Shown in pieces: positions 57,231 through 64,000 of a DNA stretch of 64,000 nt. Made by a program: the position numbers and the translations under genes. Below the pieces are notes generated by a model. That model did no database searches, had not been told where the DNA came from, and saw only the letters and a list, made by a program, of their open reading frames with translations. Origin of the DNA: Verrucomicrobiales bacterium (GTDB lineage Bacteria; Verrucomicrobiota; Verrucomicrobiia; Verrucomicrobiales; DEV007); contig JARGNG010000016.1 of NCBI GenBank assembly GCA_029213265.1, forward strand, positions 39,295 to 103,294. Direction: 5' to 3'. Numbering within the stretch: position 1 is the first letter of the stretch; each line of letters begins with the position of its first letter.

Positions 57231-58673
57231 GTGATGAGCCAATTGTTCTCCAGCCCTTCCTGTTCCGGACCTGTCGGTCGGCGCAGTTTCCTTCAAATGG
57301 GTGGCCTTAGCGTCGCCGGACTTGGATTGAGCGATCTTCTTCGCTATGAAGCGGAGGCTTCGATTCGTGAATCCAGTCACATTCCCAATGATCATTCCGT
57401 GATCTTCATCTGGTTGCCGGGTGGGATGCCGCATATGGAGACCTACGACATGAAGCCGGATGCTCCGGCTGAATACCGGGGAGTCTTTAATCCAATCAAG
57501 ACCAACGTGCCGGGAATCGAAGTTTGTGAACTGCTCCCGATGCACGCAAAGATCGCTGACAAGTTCACGATTGTCCGGTCATTGCATCACGAATTTTCCG
57601 ACCATGGAGGAGCGCACAAGCGCATGATGACGGGTCGCCCGCCCAAGGTTCCTACGGGAACCGTCAACGACGCACCTGCCGTTTCGAGCATTGTAAAAAA
57701 GGTTTTCGGCAAAAATGCGACCGGCGATTCGGGAATGCCTCCGTGTGTTGCTGCCGTCGACTCCGGGCGCCATGCGGTTGATACCTTTGCGATGGGCCCT
57801 GCCTATCTCGGCGCCTCGAATTCTCCCTTTGTTGTGGCAGGGGATCCGAGTTCTCCTGATTTCAAGGTTCAGAACATTGGAGTGAAAGACGAGATGCAGA
57901 CCCGTCTCGATGATCGTCTTGCCATGCTCAATGGCATGGATCGCCTCCGTCGGGATGTCGACAAGAGCGGCATCATGGATGCGATGGATTCCTTCAATCA
58001 GCAGGCCATGGAAATGCTGACGAGTGATCAGGTTCGCGATGCGTTTGATCTGACAAAAGAAAAGGACGGCACACGCGAACGATATGGCAATCATGCCTAT
58101 GGCCAGCGTGCCCTGATGGCCCGGCGCCTTGTCGAGGCCGGCAGCCGGTTTGTCACCGTTGTTTGGGAGAACCCCACTCCGGGGAAAACGATTCCCGTCA
58201 ACTGCGCTTCGAACTGGGATTCCCACGCCGTGAACTGCGACATTTTTGCAGACTGCCGGTGGAGAATGCCAAACTACGATCAGGCGCTGACGGCTTTGAT
58301 TGAAGATGTCTACGCGCGCGGACTCGATGAAAAGACGATGGTCGTTGTCGCGAGTGACTTCGGGCACACTCCCAAGATCAATCCGCAGCGCGGAAACAAG
58401 TCGAAGGTCATTCAGCCGGGACGTGATCACTGGCCCAAGGCCATGTCCGTTCTCGTTTCCGGCGGAAATGCTCCGATGGGGCAGGTCATCGGAGCGACCA
58501 ATTCGAAAGGGGAGCATCCCGTCGAGCGGGTCATGACTCCGAACGATCTCTGGGCGACGGTCTATCGTCATCTCGGTGTCGACTACAACGACTATCTCAA
58601 GAATCTCGAAGGCCTCCCGATGCAGATTCTCCCGTTTGGGAAACCGATCGAAGAACTTGCCCCGATGGCGTAG
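57231..58673 (+). CDS. DUF1501 protein
   Basis: RRSFLQ, WLPGGMPHMETYDMKP, WDSH, SDFGHTP, GRDHWP. Confidence 0.9.
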   Translation: MMSQLFSSPSCSGPVGRRSFLQMGGLSVAGLGLSDLLRYEAEASIRESSHIPNDHSVIFIWLPGGMPHMETYDMKPDAPAEYRGVFNPIKTNVPGIEVCELLPMHAKIADKFTIVRSLHHEFSDHGGAHKRMMTGRPPKVPTGTVNDAPAVSSIVKKVFGKNATGDSGMPPCVAAVDSGRHAVDTFAMGPAYLGASNSPFVVAGDPSSPDFKVQNIGVKDEMQTRLDDRLAMLNGMDRLRRDVDKSGIMDAMDSFNQQAMEMLTSDQVRDAFDLTKEKDGTRERYGNHAYGQRALMARRLVEAGSRFVTVVWENPTPGKTIPVNCASNWDSHAVNCDIFADCRWRMPNYDQALTALIEDVYARGLDEKTMVVVASDFGHTPKINPQRGNKSKVIQPGRDHWPKAMSVLVSGGNAPMGQVIGATNSKGEHPVERVMTPNDLWATVYRHLGVDYNDYLKNLEGLPMQILPFGKPIEELAPMA

Positions 58674-58698
58674 CCGCAACCGTCCGATTGCCGATTCC

Positions 58699-61203
58699 AT
58701 GAATTTCACGAAGCGCAAACAGGGTTGGGTCCTGCACCTGACCCTGTTGAGTCTTGTCTCCGGGAGCCTTCTCGGAAGTGAGCTTCGCATTCATTCCGGT
58801 TCCGGCGGTGGCTCGGTGAATTTGTTCGGCGCCGATGATCGCAGCCAGGTGATCGTATCGGATTCCGGAGGTCGCGATGTGACGAGGGAAGTGCAATTTC
58901 AGATCGAGCCGGCCGGCCTGGCGACGATTGACCGAACCGGATTCCTGGTTCCGAAAAAGGATGGCTCAGGCACTCTCACGGCAACGATGACAGGAGAGAC
59001 CCCGGTCGCGGTGAAACTGCCCCTCAAGATACAAAGCTTTTCCCATCCCCGCCCGGTGAGTTTTGCGAACGACGTCGTTCCCGTCTTTACCCGGCAGCAT
59101 TGCAATGCCGGTGCCTGCCATGCCAAGAGTGGTGGGCAGAACGGTTTCCGCCTTTCCCTGCTCGGATACGAGCCGATGAGCGACTACGAGAATATCGTGA
59201 ACTATTCACGCGGACGACGCGTGAGCCCGTCGGCGCCGGAGAGCAGTTTCTTTTTGATGAAGGCGACTGGGGATATCCCCCATGAAGGCGGAGCCCGTCT
59301 CGACAAGGAATCGTTGGAGTATCAGAAAATCGTCCGCTGGATCGAAAGCGGCCTTGCCTATCGTCCGGAGAATGATCCCGACGTCGAGAGGATCAAGGTT
59401 TTCCCCCGGGACCTTGTCACAAAGCCCAGCGCGAAACAGCAGCTCGCGGTGACCGCCTACTACAGTGACGGCACGAGTCGCGATGTGACCCGCCTCGTGC
59501 AATACGAATCCAATCTCCCGGGTATGGCAGAAGCCGGCGAAACCGGTTTGATCTCGATGGGAGAAAAGAACGGCAGCACGGCCGTGCTGGTTCGCTTTCA
59601 GGAGCATATCGACACCTGCACGGTTCGTATTCCACTGGGTGCGGTAGTCCCCCATCTCCCGGTGCCGAAGAATTATGTCGACGAGCACATTTTCAGTCAG
59701 CTCAGCGTGATGGGGTTGCCTCCGTCCGGGGGGATCGATGACAATACCTTTCTGCGACGGGTCACTCTTGATATCGCGGGACGCATACCGACGATCGAAG
59801 AGACGCAGGCGTTTCTTGACTCCAAGGAACCTGAAAAGCGCGCCAAAAAGATCGATGAGCTTCTCGCGAGTCCGGACTATGCCGATCATTTTGCAGGGAA
59901 GTGGGCCGGGATTCTGCGAAACAAAGTGGATCGGGGCCGGGATTGGGTTGCGCGTGACTCCCACGCCTTTCATGCCTGGATTCGAACGAGCCTGAACGAG
60001 AACAAGCCCTATGATCAATTTGCTTCCGAGCTCATTCTCGCGAGTGGAAAGGCCTACGAAAATCCGGCCGTGAGTTGGTACCGCGTCGTGAAGGATACCA
60101 AGGAGCGCATGGAAAACGTGGCGCAGGTCTTTCTCGGAATCCGAATGCAGTGTGCGCAGTGCCACCATCATCCCTATGAGCAGTGGAGCCAGAATGACTA
60201 CTTTGCTTTCACGGCCTTCTTCTCGACGATCGAGGAAAAGAAGATTTCTAAACTGCCCGAGGACAGTATCTACTTTCACAACCGTAAGCAGGCCCAGATG
60301 AAGCACCCGCTCACGGAGGAGTGGCTCAAACCGCAACTGTTGGGGGCAGCGGAGCCGGTCGATATTCCGGAGACCCGTGATCCTCGGTTTGAACTCTCCG
60401 CCTGGATGCGATCCGAAGAGAATCCCTACTTTGCCCGCATGTTGGCGAACCGCTATTGGAAGCATTTTTTCAGCCGCGGTCTGGTGGAGCCGGAGGATGA
60501 TATTCGTCCGACCAATCCGGCGACTCACCCCGAGTTGCTGGAGGAAATGGCCCGCCAGTTCGTCGACAACGGCTTCGATCTGAAGCAGCTCATTCGCGAT
60601 ATCTGCAACAGCCAAACCTATCAGTTCAGTTCCGAGCCGAATCAGAAGAATGCAGCGGATGAACAAAACTACGCGCGCTACTACCCGAAGCGGATGAGTG
60701 CTGAGATTCTGCTCGATTCAGTGAACGATGTAACAGGGGCCGCGAATACATTCAGCCGACAGCCTCTTGGGGTTCGTGCGGTGGCCCTGCCCAATGAAAA
60801 GGGAACGAGCGAGTCCGAGTTTCTCACGATGTTCGGAAGGCCGGCGATGGATACCGCCTGCGAATGCGAGCGGGTAGGGGAGGCCAACCTTGGTCAGAGC
60901 CTACACCTGTTGAACTCCGAAAAAATCCAGGCCAAGTTGACCGCTTCGACGGGACGGGCCGCGCTGCTGGCGAAGGACAAAGAGCGGAGCGACGAGGAGC
61001 GGGTCGCCGAGCTGTATCTTCACGGGCTCAGCCGGAAACCGGTTGGCGGGGAACTGAGCATCGCACTGAATCACCTGAAGAAAAAACGGGATCAGTCTGC
61101 CGCTGATCCCAAGGCCTATCCGTTGGATCAGGCAGAAAAGGAAGCGTTTGAAGACATCGTCTGGGTATTGCTCAACACGAAGGAGTTTATGTTTGTCCGG
61201 TAG
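58699..61203 (+). CDS. DUF1549/DUF1553 protein with Ig-like domains
   Basis: CNAGACH, FLRRVTLDIAG, CAQCHHHP, CECER, QSLHLLN. Confidence 0.9.
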   Translation: MNFTKRKQGWVLHLTLLSLVSGSLLGSELRIHSGSGGGSVNLFGADDRSQVIVSDSGGRDVTREVQFQIEPAGLATIDRTGFLVPKKDGSGTLTATMTGETPVAVKLPLKIQSFSHPRPVSFANDVVPVFTRQHCNAGACHAKSGGQNGFRLSLLGYEPMSDYENIVNYSRGRRVSPSAPESSFFLMKATGDIPHEGGARLDKESLEYQKIVRWIESGLAYRPENDPDVERIKVFPRDLVTKPSAKQQLAVTAYYSDGTSRDVTRLVQYESNLPGMAEAGETGLISMGEKNGSTAVLVRFQEHIDTCTVRIPLGAVVPHLPVPKNYVDEHIFSQLSVMGLPPSGGIDDNTFLRRVTLDIAGRIPTIEETQAFLDSKEPEKRAKKIDELLASPDYADHFAGKWAGILRNKVDRGRDWVARDSHAFHAWIRTSLNENKPYDQFASELILASGKAYENPAVSWYRVVKDTKERMENVAQVFLGIRMQCAQCHHHPYEQWSQNDYFAFTAFFSTIEEKKISKLPEDSIYFHNRKQAQMKHPLTEEWLKPQLLGAAEPVDIPETRDPRFELSAWMRSEENPYFARMLANRYWKHFFSRGLVEPEDDIRPTNPATHPELLEEMARQFVDNGFDLKQLIRDICNSQTYQFSSEPNQKNAADEQNYARYYPKRMSAEILLDSVNDVTGAANTFSRQPLGVRAVALPNEKGTSESEFLTMFGRPAMDTACECERVGEANLGQSLHLLNSEKIQAKLTASTGRAALLAKDKERSDEERVAELYLHGLSRKPVGGELSIALNHLKKKRDQSAADPKAYPLDQAEKEAFEDIVWVLLNTKEFMFVR

Positions 61204-61225
61204 AAGGAATGTCCCTCCAACCAAA

Positions 61226-63745
61226 ATGAAACTGCATTTCTCCTGTCTTCTTCTGTTTGCCGCGAGCCTCGCTGTTCCGGCCTACTCGTTCATGCCGAAC
61301 CCCGATATGCTCTCGGTTTCCCCGGCAGTGGCGAAGGCAGGGGAGACGGTCGAGGTGACGATTTCAGGGAAGAACATCGACGAAGTGGATTTGCTGCGCT
61401 TCACCCATCCAAAGATCGTGGGTAAACCGGTCCTGCTTCCGGCAGATGAGTTTCACCCCGAGCCGCGCCCGGTTAAAAACAAGTTCTCGGTGACGATTCC
61501 TGCCGATGTGAAGCCCGGCGTCTATGAGGTTCGCTCCCGTGGATACTTCGGACTTTCGACGGCACGCCCGTTTCTCGTTCTGCCGAAAGAATCTTCCGAG
61601 ATCGTGGAGGAAGGGGATCATTCTTCGCTGGAGACAGCGATGGACCTGGCGCTCGACGCGGGCATTCTCGGAACGCTCGATACCGGGAAGTTCGACTGGT
61701 ATCGATTTCCGGCCAAAAAGGGACAGCGGATTCTCGTTCATCTCTCGGCCGAGCAACTCGACTCAAGAGCGGATACACTCCTTGCCGTTTGCAGTGCCGA
61801 TGGACGCGAACTGGAGAGCAGTCGCCATCACCTTGGGCGTGACCCCTTTGTCGATTTTACGGCTCCGGCTGACGGGAACTACTGTGTCTCCCTGACCGAT
61901 TCACTTTACAAGGGAGGGAAGGAATATTTCTACCACCTGCGTGTCAGTGAGCGACCCCACGTTGATTTCGTATTTCCTCCGGCGGGAGAACCGGGAACGA
62001 CGAGGAGCTTCACCTTTTTCGGTCGCAATCTTCCCGGAGGATCGCTCGGAGTAGACTGGAAATGGAAGGGCAAACCGCTCGAAACCGTGGAGAAACAGGT
62101 CGCAGTTCCGGGCGAGGTGAGTACGCACCCGGATTTTGATCCTGCGATTCCGCGCCAGGGAATTCTTCCCGCGTTCAAAGAGGGCGTCGATGGTTCCAAC
62201 CAGGTGAAGATCGGTTTCGCGACGGCACCTGTGACCCTGGAGGATCGGGCTGCCGAAGATCAGAAAGTCCCGGTTCCGACCGAAGTGGCAGGCCGTTTCG
62301 ATGAGCCCGGAGATACGGATACGTTTCGGATTCAGGCAAAAAAGGGGCAAACGCTCTGGCTCGAAGTCGTCTCCCATCGACTCGGTGTGGTGGCGGACCC
62401 GTTCGTGATGGTGGAAAAAGTGATCAAGGATGAAAAGGGCACCGAGACATTTACCAAGGTCGGAGAGAACGACGATCTCGAGAGCTTTTACGGGCGCGAC
62501 AGTTTCGATGACCTCAATGCAGACTCGCTCGATCCGGCGATGAGTTTTACGGCCGATGTCGATGGGGAGTATCGGGTCACCTTGATCAATCAGAGTGCCG
62601 GCGGGAGTCCTGCTCACCGCTATCGTCTTGCGATCCGGGAAGCGCAGCATGGATTCCAGATCCTCATTGGAACGGAGCTCACCAAGACGATCAACAACGA
62701 CGCCTTTCCCGCGGCTCCCCTGCTTCGAAAGGGGGGCTCGATGGTTTACCGGGTGTTTGCTTTCCGGAACGATGGTTTCGACGGAGATATTCAGGTGACT
62801 GCGAAAGGTCTCCCGCCGGGAGTGACCGTAGAACCTCTCATTCTGAGCGGCCTTTCCCGGGAAGGGTTTCTCACCCTCTGGTCGGCTCCGGATGTCAAAC
62901 CGTGGAGCGGTCCGATCGATATTGTGGGAACTGCGAAAGTGGGTGATGCAGAAAAGACTTCGATCGCGCGCCCGGCTTCCATCCTCTGGGGCACTCGCGT
63001 TTTTGGAAACGCCAATCAGATCCGCTCGCGGCTGGACATGGAAACCGTTCTTTCCGTGATCGATTCGGAAACGGAGCCGACCCGGATCAGTGTGAAAGGC
63101 GAAACGACCTTGGAGGTCGTCGAGGGCGGAACACTCGAGATTCCGATTCAATTGACCGAGACCGGGAAGAGAACCGGCAATCTTCAGATCGATGTTCACG
63201 GATTTCCCGGTTTGCATCGGAGTCCTCCGCAGGTGGCAATCGCGGAGAAGGACAAAGAGGGCGTCTTAAAATTTCCCTTCGTGAAGTCCGGAAATTTTGG
63301 GCTGTCTCCCGGCATCTACCAGTTCGTGCTTCGTGGGGTTGGCAATCGGAAGTATGAGCGCAATCTGCAGGCCGTTCAGAGAACCGCGCGAGAGCACAAG
63401 CGACTCAAAACCCTCTACGAGGAGTATCCGAACCGGGTGGCAGCGGCAAAGGCAGAGCAGGCCTTGGCGGAGAAAGAACTGGCCGCGGCGAAGCAGAAAG
63501 AAGCCGCCGCAGCCGATGATCAGGCCCGAGCGGCCTTGAAGGGGGATACAGCTGCCGCAGAAAAGAGAGCGAAGGACGTTGCGGCTGCCGTGAAAGCCGG
63601 GGAGGCGGCACTCGCCAAGCTGAAGGCGGCCACCGATGCGGCCGCGAAGGAATCCTCAGCCGCTGCGAGCGCGGCGAAAGAAAAGAGCAATCAGTTCGCG
63701 ACCTTCTCGCAGCCAATCACGGTGGTGGTGAAGGAGAAGGAGTGA
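61226..63745 (+). CDS. PPC (pre-peptidase C-terminal) domain protein of DUF1501 clusters, with Ala/Lys coiled-coil tail
   Basis: DWYRFPAKKGQ, DTFRIQAKKGQ, DPFVDFTAPADG. Confidence 0.8.
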   Translation: MKLHFSCLLLFAASLAVPAYSFMPNPDMLSVSPAVAKAGETVEVTISGKNIDEVDLLRFTHPKIVGKPVLLPADEFHPEPRPVKNKFSVTIPADVKPGVYEVRSRGYFGLSTARPFLVLPKESSEIVEEGDHSSLETAMDLALDAGILGTLDTGKFDWYRFPAKKGQRILVHLSAEQLDSRADTLLAVCSADGRELESSRHHLGRDPFVDFTAPADGNYCVSLTDSLYKGGKEYFYHLRVSERPHVDFVFPPAGEPGTTRSFTFFGRNLPGGSLGVDWKWKGKPLETVEKQVAVPGEVSTHPDFDPAIPRQGILPAFKEGVDGSNQVKIGFATAPVTLEDRAAEDQKVPVPTEVAGRFDEPGDTDTFRIQAKKGQTLWLEVVSHRLGVVADPFVMVEKVIKDEKGTETFTKVGENDDLESFYGRDSFDDLNADSLDPAMSFTADVDGEYRVTLINQSAGGSPAHRYRLAIREAQHGFQILIGTELTKTINNDAFPAAPLLRKGGSMVYRVFAFRNDGFDGDIQVTAKGLPPGVTVEPLILSGLSREGFLTLWSAPDVKPWSGPIDIVGTAKVGDAEKTSIARPASILWGTRVFGNANQIRSRLDMETVLSVIDSETEPTRISVKGETTLEVVEGGTLEIPIQLTETGKRTGNLQIDVHGFPGLHRSPPQVAIAEKDKEGVLKFPFVKSGNFGLSPGIYQFVLRGVGNRKYERNLQAVQRTAREHKRLKTLYEEYPNRVAAAKAEQALAEKELAAAKQKEAAAADDQARAALKGDTAAAEKRAKDVAAAVKAGEAALAKLKAATDAAAKESSAAASAAKEKSNQFATFSQPITVVVKEKE

Positions 63746-63761
63746 TCCTTGATTGCCGTAG

Positions 63762-63781
63762 CGAAAGTCGTGAGACTTTCG
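63762..63781. terminator. Hairpin between convergent genes
   Basis: CGAAAGTC-GTGA-GACTTTCG. Confidence 0.5.
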
Positions 63782-63819
63782 AATGCGCTTTCGCCAGCGG
63801 GAAAAACTTACGTTTTCCT

Positions 63820-63999
63820 CTACTCTTTCACGACCATGCCCACGTCGCTTTCCGGCGACTCGAAGGCCTTGACCAGTTTCTTTGTCTTCACGTCCCAGAC
63901 GCGGAGCACACTGTCCTGACCTCCTGCAATGATCAAAGCTCCATCGCGAGTGACTTCTGCCGTATGCAGAAAAGTGTCGCCGGCATCAGGAAGGGGGGC
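63820..63999 (-). CDS. C-terminal fragment of a WD40-repeat protein (continues beyond window)
   Basis: Manual translation ...FLHTAEVTRDGALIIAGGQDSVLRVWDVKTKKLVKAFESP...*. Confidence 0.75.
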   Translation of the reverse strand, partial: APLPDAGDTFLHTAEVTRDGALIIAGGQDSVLRVWDVKTKKLVKAFESPESDVGMVVKE

Positions 64000-64000
64000 G

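Overview
A 64-kb, gene-dense bacterial chromosome segment of moderately high GC. The DUF1501/DUF1549/DUF1553 clusters, several sulfatases and multiheme cytochromes suggest the PVC superphylum, probably Verrucomicrobiales (inference). Most of it is housekeeping: hflX, nadE, pyrD, accD, rnhA, thyA-folA, leuA, panE, dxr-cdsA, gpmI, sodN. The standout region is 39.5-43.5 kb, a mostly non-coding locus. It opens with a promoter carrying an inverted-repeat operator, a leader ORF and a terminator. A ~500-nt multi-domain structured RNA follows (GOLLD-like by recollection, possibly circularly permuted), then an array of non-canonical tRNA-like genes: Trp, Phe, Lys, His, a pseudo-Ile, and one with a 58-nt structured insertion in its anticodon loop. 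The locus also holds several further folded RNA modules, a 23-nt copy of the 23S rRNA H69/H71 junction, an HNH nuclease and a slipin (SPFH) gene, but no RtcB or TROVE in the window. Other notable items: two divergent genes both 5'-truncated at a 14-bp palindrome (~31.68 kb), an IS200-type HUH transposase in REP-like inverted arms bounded by microsatellites, a Leu-rich attenuator before leuA, a degenerate BY-kinase and a NiSOD with Phe at position 9. All calls were made by eye without database searches.
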